DNA of 64,000 nucleotides from Candidatus Moraniibacteriota bacterium (GTDB taxonomy: Bacteria; Patescibacteriota; Minisyncoccia; Moranbacterales; UBA1568): the NCBI GenBank assembly GCA_963778555.1, contig CAVZUR010000004.1, positions 26,190 through 90,189 of the forward strand, written 5' to 3'. A model generated the notes under the pieces. It was not told where the DNA came from. It did not search any database and saw only the letters and a list, made by a program, of their open reading frames with translations. The position numbers were made by a program, and so were the translations under genes. Position 1 is the first letter of the stretch. The number at the start of each line of letters is the position of its first letter. Of this stretch, positions 39,010 through 47,888 are shown in pieces.

Positions 39010-39582
39010 ATGGGTACGAATCACCTCTACCAGGAAGATGCGCTCTGCCGCATCATTCGGCTCCACTTTCCACCGAAACCGCACCGTGCGACGAAATGGA
39101 ATCGGTTTGTCCACGAGATGCATCCCAATGCAATCAAAAGCATGCATCAGCTCGAAAAGGAGTTACGGCTCCACTCATTCGGACCGCGACCCTATGCGGA
39201 GCTCTGCGCCGGTGAAAGCCATCACGTCTTCTGGGCCTTCGAACACGGTCTTGAAAACAAAGTGCTTGGCATGATGTGTTGCACCCCGCTCGAGGCTTTT
39301 GGGAACCGCTTTGGCGTCATCCACGACGCGATCGTGCTGTGCCAGCACCAACAGCGCGGCATCGCGACCGAACTGCTCGAAGCCATCATCGCCTGGACCC
39401 GGGAAGAGGCATACTCGAAGGGAGTAACACCAATTACGACGCTCCAGACCTGTGTTGCACGGGAGCTGACAGCTGCGACACACTTTCTCATGCGACGTGG
39501 TTTTCGCCGGACTACCGAGGATGACTGTCCGTACTATGAACGCGACATTCGCCCAGGCGAATACCGACCCGCATCGATATAA
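39010..39582 (+). CDS. GNAT family N-acetyltransferase
   Basis: SD aaggag; motif LCQHQQRGIATELLEAI. Confidence 0.7.
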   Translation: MGTNHLYQEDALCRIIRLHFPPKPHRATKWNRFVHEMHPNAIKSMHQLEKELRLHSFGPRPYAELCAGESHHVFWAFEHGLENKVLGMMCCTPLEAFGNRFGVIHDAIVLCQHQQRGIATELLEAIIAWTREEAYSKGVTPITTLQTCVARELTAATHFLMRRGFRRTTEDDCPYYERDIRPGEYRPASI

Positions 39583-39610
39583 CTGACTCACTCAGACTTG
39601 TGCCCGTTCG

Positions 39611-39672
39611 GCGACTGCCAGACGGGTCTTTTTTTACCAAAAAAAAGACGCCCCTCAGGGCGCCTTTCTCTA
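39611..39672. terminator. Back-to-back rho-independent terminators for the convergent GNAT (+) and PepSY (-) genes
   Basis: cccgt...acggg hairpin followed by T8, then an A8 run followed by the gacgcccc/gggcgcc hairpin (T8 on the minus strand). Confidence 0.5.
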
Positions 39673-39679
39673 TGACAAC

Positions 39680-40111
39680 TTAATTATCATCTGAACCACG
39701 GCCTCGGCCGCGTCCCTGATGGTCATCGCCTGCTTCCTTTTCATGTTTCCTCAACCCGAACTTCTCGAGCACATTGGAAAGATGATGCTGGCGGCGGGTC
39801 TTGATGCGTTCTCGAAGTACTTCCCCGGTCAAGGCATCGATACGGAAGTCGCCACGCTGGAGTCCGTCAGTCGAGCGGATACGGATCTGCCACACCGCTT
39901 TACCCTCTTTACACTTGAGTCTCGCTTTTGTGACTGTCCCCGCGAGCTTAGTCTGGGCTGTGGCAATTGCCTGAGCCTCAGTCACCGTTGCAGCGGCCTT
40001 GAGGGCGACGCAGGCGGCACTGGTGAAGCCATCATCTGATCCATTACTGGCGAGCACCGGCAAACCCGGCAGAGCGAGAACCAAAGCGAACGCCCCGAGC
40101 ACTAACTTCTT
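39680..40111 (-). CDS. Secreted PepSY-domain protein
   Basis: Signal peptide MLKKLVLGAFALVLALPGLPVLA; PepSY-like KAVWQIRIRSTDGLQRGDFRIDALTGEVL; charged Gly/Arg-rich tail. Confidence 0.5.
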   Translation of the reverse strand, partial: KKLVLGAFALVLALPGLPVLASNGSDDGFTSAACVALKAAATVTEAQAIATAQTKLAGTVTKARLKCKEGKAVWQIRIRSTDGLQRGDFRIDALTGEVLRERIKTRRQHHLSNVLEKFGLRKHEKEAGDDHQGRGRGRGSDDN

Positions 40112-40323
40112 CAGCATAGCGTTGATGTAAATGTTTAGCTGCATAGGTATGACGCCCCTCCGCGGCCAATCTTTCAGCCCTCGAGTGAGCGTCTGGGGTG
40201 GCATGTCAAGACTTCTCGACTTGACTTTATTGAGAAATCGAAGTAGGATATTGCATTGCTTCGTCGAAGCGATCAATGTGGCCTGTGCTGCATTGCCCGT
40301 ACCTTCCCCAGAGGAGATTCGAA

Positions 40324-40659
40324 ATGGACCCCGTTCCAGTTTCCCCGTGCGATCACGTCATCGCGGCCTATGCGCGCGCCGCTTTTGTTCGGGTGCTCGA
40401 AGAACATGAACTCTTTGTTCACACGGACCACGTCAGTGTTACGGTAACGGATCAGGGCGCCCTCGCGCTGAAGTACGATGGCCCCCATCTGTCGGCGGTC
40501 GGTGTTTTCCACGGCAATCTCAATGAAAGCACGCTTTTGCTGGGCCAGGTTCAAACCAATGCTTGGCAAGCGAATTTCGGATCCGTCGATAGCTTCAGGG
40601 GCGCCATGCCTGATGGCACGCCTCTGCTCTACGTCGGGAACACTGCCGTGACGCGTTGA
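40324..40659 (+). CDS. Hypothetical protein (111 aa)
   Basis: SD gaggag 8 nt upstream of ATG 40324. The antisense ORF 40273..40686 starts with TTG and has no SD. Confidence 0.4.
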   Translation: MDPVPVSPCDHVIAAYARAAFVRVLEEHELFVHTDHVSVTVTDQGALALKYDGPHLSAVGVFHGNLNESTLLLGQVQTNAWQANFGSVDSFRGAMPDGTPLLYVGNTAVTR

Positions 40660-40851
40660 ATCACTCGCTTCCAACGCCGACCGCAACCCTCGACACAGGC
40701 GCCTGCCACAATAGCAGCGCCTTCATTTTTTGCCCGCTCGTGCGGGTGTGAGCGGCACCCATTTTTTAATAAAAGAAAAGGCGCGCACTCAGGTTTGAGT
40801 GAGCGCCTCTCAGCGATTGCGACATTCCACACTGACGCGATTGAACCCCCT

Positions 40852-42069
40852 TCAGAACTGAAACCCACGGGGAACGACCACGATGCCGCTGTCATCGACC
40901 GTCAAACCTCTCGCCTGATCCGCTTCTAGGTCAAAGCCGATACTCATTCCGTCCGGAATCCGAACATTTTTGTCGACGATGACGCGCTTCAATCGGCAGC
41001 CATGCTTGATCCTGACACCCGTGAACAATACCGACTCTTGGACGGTCGATCCATACACGCGGACTTCGCGACCGAGGACGGAGTTGATGAGATCGGAATC
41101 CTCGATGATGCAGCCGCCGCTCACCACTGAATTCCTGGGCCGACCGCTACGCTCCAAGGTCTCATTGAACTTGGCCGGTGGCAGATTGTCTTGAGCAGAA
41201 CGGATCGGCCAGTTTTTGTTGTAGAGATTGAGCTCTGGCTTGATGCGGACCAGGTCCATATTCGCCTCCCAGAGCGCCTGGAGCGTCCCGACGTCACGCC
41301 AGTAGTGTTCGCTCTGGCCCGAAATGACATTGTCCAGGAAGTTATAGGCATGGAGCGGCACGCCTGCGGCTAGCATCCCCGGGATGATGTCTTTGCCGAA
41401 GTCATGGGAGGTCTCAGGACGCAAAGCGTCGCTCGCGAGCCAATGCGAAAGCTCGGCGAACTGAGCGAAGTAATTGCCCATAGAGACCAGACTCAAGCCC
41501 GGTTGGCCGGGAATCGCTTTCGGCTGGGTTGGCTTTTCTTCGAAGCCGACAATGCGCCAATCGCGATCGACTTCCAGCACGCCGAAGCGGCTGGCCTCAG
41601 CTGTCGGCACCGGCATGACACAGACAGTAAAGATGGATCTGTTTAGCCCGATGGTAGGCATGCATCTGGCTGAAATCCATCGCCAGGATATGGTCGCCGG
41701 CCAGGATGGCGCACGGTGTGGAAATCACCCTCACTCTCGATGATGCCCAGATTCTGATAGACCGCATTGGCCGTTCCCTGATACCACATCGCGCCGTGCA
41801 GCTGCTGCGCCGGAACGGTGCGGACGAAGAACCCATGCATCGCGTTTGAGGGATAATTGTCAGCCAGATGCTCGTTCAGTTCATGCGAGCGGTACTGGGT
41901 CGCGACCAGGATATGATGCAGCCCGGAGTTCAGGCAGTTTGCACATCATGAAATCGATGATGCGGTACTTGGCGGCGGCTTCTACGGCGGGCTTGGTGCA
42001 AAGATCAGTCAACGGAGCAAGTCGTGAGCCGACTCCGCCTGCCAAGATGATAGTAATGACGCTTTTCAC
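40852..42069 (-). pseudogene. glgC: Glucose-1-phosphate adenylyltransferase split into three frames by at least two frameshifts
   Basis: N-terminus [21 protein letters not shown] (41881..42069), middle region with WYQGTANAV (41643..41840) and C-terminal left-handed beta-helix region (40852..41661) are each in a different frame; no glgA or glgB adjacent. Confidence 0.75.
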
Positions 42070-42186
42070 GTGACTCTCCTCGAGTGATAATGGAAAATGT
42101 TAAATTACGCCCAGCAATTCTATAACAATTTCATGATTTGTCAAGGCCAATACAATGGCCTCCTGCGTCCGTGCCACCTTGCTAGT

Positions 42187-42426
42187 TCAATCCGGTTGGC
42201 CGTACTTAGTTTCGATCTGAGTCCTCAGCGTATCGATTGCTTCGCGCAGTGCTGCATCCTGCGTCAAAAGGCGAGCGGTATTCAAAGACGCGACAGCTCG
42301 GCGATGGGTGTCAGCATCATAGAAGCCACGTTCAAATTCATCCTCAGCGATACCAAACAGGGTCACAGCATTATCTTTCCCGAGTTCTTGCGCGGCAGCA
42401 TTTTTCGGGGGTGTTTCAGGGTGCAT
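42187..42426 (-). CDS. Small hypothetical protein (79 aa)
   Basis: ORF only; no motif recognised. Confidence 0.3.
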   Translation of the reverse strand: MHPETPPKNAAAQELGKDNAVTLFGIAEDEFERGFYDADTHRRAVASLNTARLLTQDAALREAIDTLRTQIETKYGQPD

Positions 42427-42469
42427 AAGGCTAACGTGTCAAGTACTTTTTATACTACACCCATTTAGT

Positions 42470-42520
42470 GAAGTCGAGGGTAAAAAAAAGGACCCCCCGG
42501 ACGGATATTCGTCAAGGGGT
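42470..42520 (-). terminator. Rho-independent terminator of gene 42541..42864
   Basis: On the minus strand: CCCC-GACG...CGTC-GGGG nested hairpin followed by T8. Confidence 0.45.
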
Positions 42521-42540
42521 GATTCAAGGTCGAGATTCAA

Positions 42541-42864
42541 TTAGCGCCGAACCGTGCAGTCGAGTTGGCGCTCGCGGCACCAAATCACCAGGCTATCGAC
42601 GACTTTGTTTCGGTCGGTAGCACTCACATAGAGTTCTTGCTTGGCGGGCGGATGCTGCACGCTGAGGCGCAGATTGAATTGGTCATGGCTCACGATGAGC
42701 TTGCGCGTCTTGCAGCCGCAGTTGGCATCGATGATGCCAAGACTCACTTTCGTGACCAGGCCGCTCTTATTGAGCATCAGGGCGATGTCGTCGGCCAGGC
42801 CGATAGTCGTCGTGTGGGAACGGGAAATGTACTTTCCCGTGGTATGACCACCTTTGTGTGCCAT
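42541..42864 (-). CDS. Hypothetical protein (107 aa)
   Basis: SD gaggag and its own terminator; MAHKGGHTTGKY... with a CGCK motif; function unknown. The antisense ORFs on the plus strand are judged spurious. Confidence 0.4.
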   Translation of the reverse strand: MAHKGGHTTGKYISRSHTTTIGLADDIALMLNKSGLVTKVSLGIIDANCGCKTRKLIVSHDQFNLRLSVQHPPAKQELYVSATDRNKVVDSLVIWCRERQLDCTVRR

Positions 42865-42984
42865 GGTTGTTCTCCTCGTTTATACTTTCAAGAAACCATG
42901 TAAGTATAGCACTTTTCAGCACTCTTGTCTAGAGTCACTGCCATCGCTTGGCATAACTGATAGGCCACGATAGCAATCGATAAT

Positions 42985-43013
42985 TGACAATCAGCTACGA
43001 CTCCCGTATAACG
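42985..43013 (+). promoter_or_regulatory. Consensus-like sigma70 promoter for the three-gene cassette
   Basis: TTGACA-17 nt-TATAAC, about 30 nt upstream of SD aggaga and ATG 43044. Confidence 0.45.
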
Positions 43014-43043
43014 GACCTACCTTTAACAATAGAGGAGATCAGC

Positions 43044-43472
43044 ATGCGTCGTCATATTGACTTAGTGTGGGAAGCACGGTGGCTCTCGCTGCGCGTACTC
43101 GACCGCATGCGGCGTCTACTGGGGATCCGACAGGGCATGGTCGCCTTCCTCCAGCGGCACCTGCGGGTGAGAATCCTCACCGCCGAACAGCTCAAACACG
43201 TCCAAATTCTCTCCCGAGAGGACGTCCTCCTGAATCTGCTCAAGCCGAACCCATACACCGGCCGGCACCAACCGCCCTATCGTGATGCATTTCTGGTCGT
43301 GGCCGCTGCTAAGAATTTCGGTATTCCCGAAAGCGTCGCATATCGGACACTGAAGGCTATGGCTGCGGCCAGACTCATCACTGGTCGTGTCTCGTCTGAC
43401 GGGCAGATGAACTTTCAGCAATACGCGGTGGGACATTGGGTAGACCCGCCACGTTCCAGTCGAACGAACTGA
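43044..43472 (+). CDS. Hypothetical protein with probable C-terminal winged-HTH
   Basis: FGIPESVAYRTLKAMAAARLITGR resembles an HTH recognition helix; first gene behind the strong promoter. Confidence 0.45.
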   Translation: MRRHIDLVWEARWLSLRVLDRMRRLLGIRQGMVAFLQRHLRVRILTAEQLKHVQILSREDVLLNLLKPNPYTGRHQPPYRDAFLVVAAAKNFGIPESVAYRTLKAMAAARLITGRVSSDGQMNFQQYAVGHWVDPPRSSRTN

Positions 43473-43510
43473 CAGTCGCCACTCAATCGGAAACCAAAAG
43501 GAGATTCCGC

Positions 43511-43840
43511 ATGCTCGACCCTACTCGTATCGCTGCCATTGTCGAGGTCCAAGCGGCAGCCTTGCTCAAAGCCAAAGAATTGGCGCGTCGAAAGCCAAGA
43601 CATGAGCTGCTGAGGTATGCGCGCGATTCTGATGACGAGACGGTGTGGGCGCAGTTCGTGGAACGTTTCGGCCACACGAAGCTGTCTCAGAGCCGACCGT
43701 TGAGCTACTCGGCGCTCAGCACCTTGTATGCAGAGTACGCGTTCGCGCTCTACGATGCGTGCGAGGCAGCGGATGGACCAGTCATCTGTCATGGTCCGTC
43801 CGTCGAGGCGAACCTTGATCCCGCCGATGTCTGCTACTGA
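43511..43840 (+). CDS. Hypothetical protein (109 aa)
   Basis: SD aaggaga; co-directional, second gene of the cassette. Confidence 0.4.
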   Translation: MLDPTRIAAIVEVQAAALLKAKELARRKPRHELLRYARDSDDETVWAQFVERFGHTKLSQSRPLSYSALSTLYAEYAFALYDACEAADGPVICHGPSVEANLDPADVCY

Positions 43841-43857
43841 TATCGAAAGGAACCGCG

Positions 43858-44142
43858 ATGCCAGCGACCACACCGTCCGGACTGTTTTTCGAGTTCCACG
43901 CGCTCTATGGCGATCTCTACCGGATCTATAGCGCCGGAGACGATCTGCGGGCCAAGCGTTGGGACCATGAGCTCTTTCGCTATCTGCAGTCACCTCAAGA
44001 TGTGAGCCTGGGGTACGAATTCCTACAGCGTTTTGCGGGGTATGTCGGGACTGATCCCCCGCTCTCTGTCATCCGTCTCGCTTGCCAGCGCTACCATGCC
44101 GCGCTCCGCCAGGCTGAGCAGTCACTCCCCTTTGTAGAGTGA
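43858..44142 (+). CDS. Hypothetical protein (94 aa)
   Basis: Third co-directional small gene, 17 nt after the previous stop. Confidence 0.4.
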   Translation: MPATTPSGLFFEFHALYGDLYRIYSAGDDLRAKRWDHELFRYLQSPQDVSLGYEFLQRFAGYVGTDPPLSVIRLACQRYHAALRQAEQSLPFVE

Positions 44143-44241
44143 AGCCATGCCGCGCTATCTACGCTTGCCGCCTGTCGTAACACGAATGGTGGCTTTCTTT
44201 TTTCCGATGCAAGCTGTCGATCTTCGCTTCGAATGTCCCTG

Positions 44242-44670
44242 CTAGCAGTATTTCTTCTTCATATCTGCGACCGAACGCTTGATGAGCTTCGTCAGAACTT
44301 TCGTATCGATATCAGACAGCCGTTTGATATAGAGACAAGACACGCTCGTCTTGTATGTACCCAAGTTCCGCATCAGATCCCCGTACGTCTCGAAACCGGG
44401 CATGATGTAGACGGTCAGATTGGCTTTGTGCGGTGAGAACCCCGTCAGCGGCCAGTCGCCTTTCTGCTCGCTCCGCTCGGACTCATAGTGATACTGGCCA
44501 TAGCCGACGATCGCCTCGCCCCACAGTTTCGGCTTCTCCCCGGTCGCGGCGGCAAACAGCTTCAACAGCGCCAGACTGTCGGCACGCTTCTCTTTGTCCT
44601 CGATCGCTTTTATGAAGGCTGCCGGACTCGCCTTCGTCACCTTGGTCTTCAGTTCCGCCATAGCATTCAA
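44242..44670 (-). CDS. DUF1801 (YdhG-like) domain protein
   Basis: WGEAIVGYGQYHYESERSEQKGDWPLTGFSPHKANLTVYIM...SCLYIKRLSDID matches the DUF1801 pattern (recalled from memory). Confidence 0.55.
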   Translation of the reverse strand: MNAMAELKTKVTKASPAAFIKAIEDKEKRADSLALLKLFAAATGEKPKLWGEAIVGYGQYHYESERSEQKGDWPLTGFSPHKANLTVYIMPGFETYGDLMRNLGTYKTSVSCLYIKRLSDIDTKVLTKLIKRSVADMKKKYC

Positions 44671-44676
44671 AGAGCG

Positions 44677-44844
44677 TTAGCTCCCGATGACACCACTCAC
44701 GTATTGGCCGATATAGTACGGCCAAAGGAGGACGGCGAGAACACCCTGCCAGAAGGACAAGCCCAGGAAACCGATAGTGAACAGCCACCCGGCACACCAT
44801 GAGAATGCTGTGAAGCTATGGTTCTCCACTTTCACCTTTTCCAT
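44677..44844 (-). CDS. Small two-TM membrane protein
   Basis: MEKVKVENHSFTAFSWCAGWLFTIGFLGLSFWQGVLAVLLWPYYIG; abuts the DUF1801 gene. Confidence 0.3.
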   Translation of the reverse strand: MEKVKVENHSFTAFSWCAGWLFTIGFLGLSFWQGVLAVLLWPYYIGQYVSGVIGS

Positions 44845-44919
44845 AGGCGTTTGCTTACTGATTAAGAGACTTTTCAACACCGCTATCATACCATGACTTT
44901 TCCCCGAAGTGTCTTAGTA

Positions 44920-45207
44920 TTACTGCGCGTCAAAGCCGATCGGTGCGGTGGTCGGTGCATCACTCGATTTGATCGGACCCAATTGCTTCTCGTATTTCGC
45001 CAGATTGTCAGCGAGCGTGGCGACCATGCGTTTCATATGGCCGGGCGAGACGATGACGCGGGCATTCAGGCTACCCGCCGGTGGAAACACATTCAGGAAG
45101 TCCATCACAAATTCCTCACCGGTATGTGAGATATGGGCCATATTGGAATAGACTCCCTTCAAGACCTCGTCTGTGGCTTTAATCTGGATTTGCTTTTGTT
45201 CGTTCAT
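44920..45207 (-). CDS. DUF3467 family protein
   Basis: VYSNMAHISHTGEEFVMDFLNVFP...RVIVSPGHMKRMVATLADNLAKYEKQLGPIK closely matches DUF3467 consensus as remembered. Confidence 0.55.
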   Translation of the reverse strand: MNEQKQIQIKATDEVLKGVYSNMAHISHTGEEFVMDFLNVFPPAGSLNARVIVSPGHMKRMVATLADNLAKYEKQLGPIKSSDAPTTAPIGFDAQ

Positions 45208-45258
45208 AATATCTTGATGATTACTCTTGAAAGATGTGAATTAAGACATACATTAAAA

Positions 45259-45841
45259 TTACTGCGGATTTGGTAACGGCGTGGCAAGATTCCTTTTCTG
45301 TTTTATCCAAGCCACTCCACCGATAAACAATAGTAGAAAGAAAGATGCAGTAAAGAGGCTTTTCGAAATTGAAAAAAGATTTGTCAGTTGGGCGAGGGCA
45401 GCAGAAAAATCAGGGTACTCCGAGAGCATCATGCTGATACCAACATTCTCCAGATAATCGAACAGTCCGCCAAACATCGGCACCACACTCAACCTCTGCA
45501 CCTTACTCTCCGGCGGGAGACCCTTCTTGAATACGAGGGCCAAGAGAAAGAGAATATGTGACGGCAAAAAGTAATGGATAGACCATATCCAGCGGAATCT
45601 GTCTCCAGAGATAGGCCTCTCTCCCCTCTTGCCCCAGTGTATCGAGTAGTCGTCTCGCATATTCCGGGCTATACCCAGTCGGTTGCATATCCAGTATCTT
45701 CATCCCACCCGAATGCTCCATCACATCTGGGATGGTCACATACAGCATCGTAAAATAGACCGCTTGGGTGAGGAGAAACAAGGTAAAGACAATTTTCCCT
45801 GAAGAGTATTCTTTGAGCCAACGATAGAATTTATTCATCAT
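45259..45841 (-). CDS. Membrane protein (hypothetical), frameshifted near 45560-45610
   Basis: ORFs 45503..45841 and 45259..45660 overlap in different frames and both encode TM-rich sequence. A palindromic ArsR-operator-like motif lies within 6 nt of its ATG. Confidence 0.4.
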
Positions 45842-45842
45842 G

Positions 45843-45865
45843 GCCTATTCGCTCGAATGAGAGAC
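45843..45865. repeat. 23-nt repeat copy 1 (gcctattcgctcgaatgagagac) containing the palindrome TATTCG-CT-CGAATG
   Basis: Exact 23-nt match to 46993..47015. Sits between the arsR stop and the membrane-protein ATG. Confidence 0.6.
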
Positions 45866-45881
45866 TACCAAACCGCTAGGG

Positions 45882-46142
45882 CTAAAGGGCATCAATAATG
45901 TTCTGGATACCGGGAGTCAGTTTAGCACCGGAACGATAGTACACCGCCGTGTTGATCTGCTGTTTCTCGATGAGGTCGGCCATATACAAGATGCGCAGGT
46001 GTTTCGATGTGGCTTTGAACGACAGCTTGATACTACGAGCGATATCCCCTACCGAAGCCGAGGTCCGAGCTCGAAGCAGCTTCAGCATCGCGAGTCGGCG
46101 CGCATTGGCCAGAGCCTTTAACTGTTTCTCAAGTTCCTTCAT
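45882..46142 (-). CDS. ArsR/SmtB family transcriptional regulator
   Basis: LKALANARRLAMLKLL...SVGDIARSIKLSFKATSKHLRIL (HTH_20 winged helix). Confidence 0.7.
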   Translation of the reverse strand: MKELEKQLKALANARRLAMLKLLRARTSASVGDIARSIKLSFKATSKHLRILYMADLIEKQQINTAVYYRSGAKLTPGIQNIIDAL

Positions 46143-46194
46143 AGGCGAATCCTCATTCTTTCCTCTACCCTAGCATGCTCGATCTATATTCGCC

Positions 46195-46208
46195 AATTCG
46201 AGCGAATT
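46195..46208. promoter_or_regulatory. Palindromic operator-like site AATTCG-AG-CGAATT in the arsR promoter region
   Basis: 14-bp inverted repeat 53 nt upstream of the arsR ATG, followed by TAGAGAC. It is the same motif as the 23-nt repeats with the central dinucleotide inverted; likely the ArsR autoregulatory operator. Confidence 0.4.
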
Positions 46209-46390
46209 AGAGACCGCGATATCAGTTTAATTTATGGGTATTGTCTTGAGTATATAGAGGGTTAAGGATGACTCACCCGGGTCCGAATCCGTGTTGCCCG
46301 CCCGTCCAAAGGGATTGACAATTTTTCGAGATTGCTGACATTATACTACCAATCAGCAAGAACCCTTGCTGAAACAACCTGGAGAAACTC

Positions 46391-46876
46391 GTGAACTCTG
46401 CATGGTCTGTAAGTGTTGTCTGTCACAAAATCACTGTCAAAGAGACGCTGGCGGGGGCAGCTCTTGTCGATATTAATCGACTCATGTCCCAGTTGACCAC
46501 GAAGTGCGCTGGTCTCAATCCGGACGACCTGGAACAAATCATCAGTCAAGGTCGCTACCTCTTTGTGAAGCAACAAGGTACGATCATCGGAGTCACCACA
46601 CTGTTCCTTTCTTACAAGTCAACTGGATGGTTTGCGGAGATCCATGACGTGGTTGTGGAAAATGCGTTCCGGGGACAGGGTATCGGACGCGTCCTGATAG
46701 AACAGGCTATCACTTCGGCGAGGCAAGCTGGAGCCAAATACATTGAATTGACATCGAATCCCAGTCGCAAAGCCGCGAATAAACTGTATCGGTCGCTGGG
46801 CTTCATTTGTATCGCGAGAGCCAACCCGACGAAAAAAGGCGGCAAGGGTACGAATCTCTACCGCCTCACGCTTTGA
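46391..46876 (+). CDS. GNAT family N-acetyltransferase
   Basis: HDVVVENAFRGQGIGRVLIEQAITSARQAG; the start could be an internal Met. Confidence 0.65.
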   Translation: MNSAWSVSVVCHKITVKETLAGAALVDINRLMSQLTTKCAGLNPDDLEQIISQGRYLFVKQQGTIIGVTTLFLSYKSTGWFAEIHDVVVENAFRGQGIGRVLIEQAITSARQAGAKYIELTSNPSRKAANKLYRSLGFICIARANPTKKGGKGTNLYRLTL

Positions 46877-46992
46877 ACAATCTCACCCGCGGCGACTCCC
46901 GTACTCCGACCGACCCCAACACTGGAGGTCGGTCACATCATTTCTCCTCGGTATGCGACATGCAGTTGATGAATTGCATATGATTCTTAATC

Positions 46993-47015
46993 GCCTATTC
47001 GCTCGAATGAGAGAC
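46993..47015. repeat. 23-nt repeat copy 2 at the edge of the low-GC island
   Basis: Identical to 45843..45865. It is followed 40-70 nt later by a sequence (47058..47084) about 77% identical to 46285..46311 in the arsR-GNAT intergenic region. Confidence 0.6.
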
Positions 47016-47169
47016 ATATGGATACTACTGTCGGGGTCTTATGATTTGCCTTGATCTGAATCTGTGCTGCCTGCCCGCCCGAAGCCTTGGCGAAAGAGGG
47101 TTGTGCTCAGGGTTATAATTTCTTTTCTGATATATCTAGCTTTCTGAAACCAGCAGAATCTTACAAAGG

Positions 47170-47864
47170 TCATTGTAGAATTTTGATGCGGATTCTATAG
47201 AGGCGAGCTTTTAAGCTAAGGGATTTTGCTAAGGTTACATCATCTCTTTTCTTGAAATACTTAACGTCTGAATCTGAAAAAGATCGACTCATTGCGCTGC
47301 CATGTACTAAGATATTCCTCCTGTGATATAACCAGTCGGCATATCCCGGTACGGAATTTGGGATTGTCGCGTGTTTGAATACCTTATTTTTTTCCAATAT
47401 GAACCAGTGTTTGGATTAACTCTCGGTCGATTTGAGTCGCTGTCAGGCCAGCTGTAGCATTTTGCAAGAAGGTCACTCAATTTTTTTCGATGACTTAGTG
47501 AAAGGTAGTTTAGCGACAATTCCCTTTTTAATCTTTCAAGTACGGCCTCCTTTGGTTCATTTGAGAGTAGTAGCTTAAAAAGATCACCCTGAGTTATAGG
47601 TTCATCAAGCTTGTTTAGTATTGAGCGTCTAAAGTCTGAATCATCCGTTGCATAAGAGACAATCAAAGAGTCTACCATTGAATCAAAGCGGTTCACAACA
47701 TCAACAAAAACCAGCTTCTGTAGATGCCTCCTATTCTTATCAGGGACACCCTTAAGCTCTTTAATGGCAGACGTGATGTCTTCGTTGAGATATGATACGA
47801 AGTTCGATATTTCGTCAGAGCGGTTCATAAAATTGAGGCGGGGCACTAAGGCCCCGCTAATCAT
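47170..47864 (-). CDS. HEPN-like (Rx4HG motif) abortive-infection/toxin-like protein in a low-GC island, frameshifted near 47307-47397
   Basis: Two overlapping frames (47307..47864 and 47170..47397). The C-terminal part carries YHRRNILVHGSAM, which matches the HEPN R-x4-H-G signature. The region is markedly AT-rich compared with its flanks; there is no partner gene in the island. Confidence 0.4.
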
Positions 47865-47865
47865 T

Positions 47866-47888
47866 ACTTCTTTTCTTCCTCTTTCGGT
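47866..47888. terminator. GC-rich hairpin between HEPN-like gene start and the 3' end of the upstream gene
   Basis: gcggggc-actaag-gccccgc. Confidence 0.3.

Noticed and set aside
43415-43993. 192-aa Arg-rich ORF on the minus strand across the three-gene cassette
   Set aside because: It is antisense to three SD-preceded genes driven by a strong promoter, and its composition (R/S/A-rich) is typical of a spurious GC-rich frame.
46285-46311. GGGTCCGAATCC-containing segment (and its relative at 47058-47084) as a tRNA-derived att site or tRNA pseudogene
   Set aside because: No flanking complementary stem to form a T-arm or acceptor stem could be found. It is better explained as part of a duplicated promoter/operator segment.
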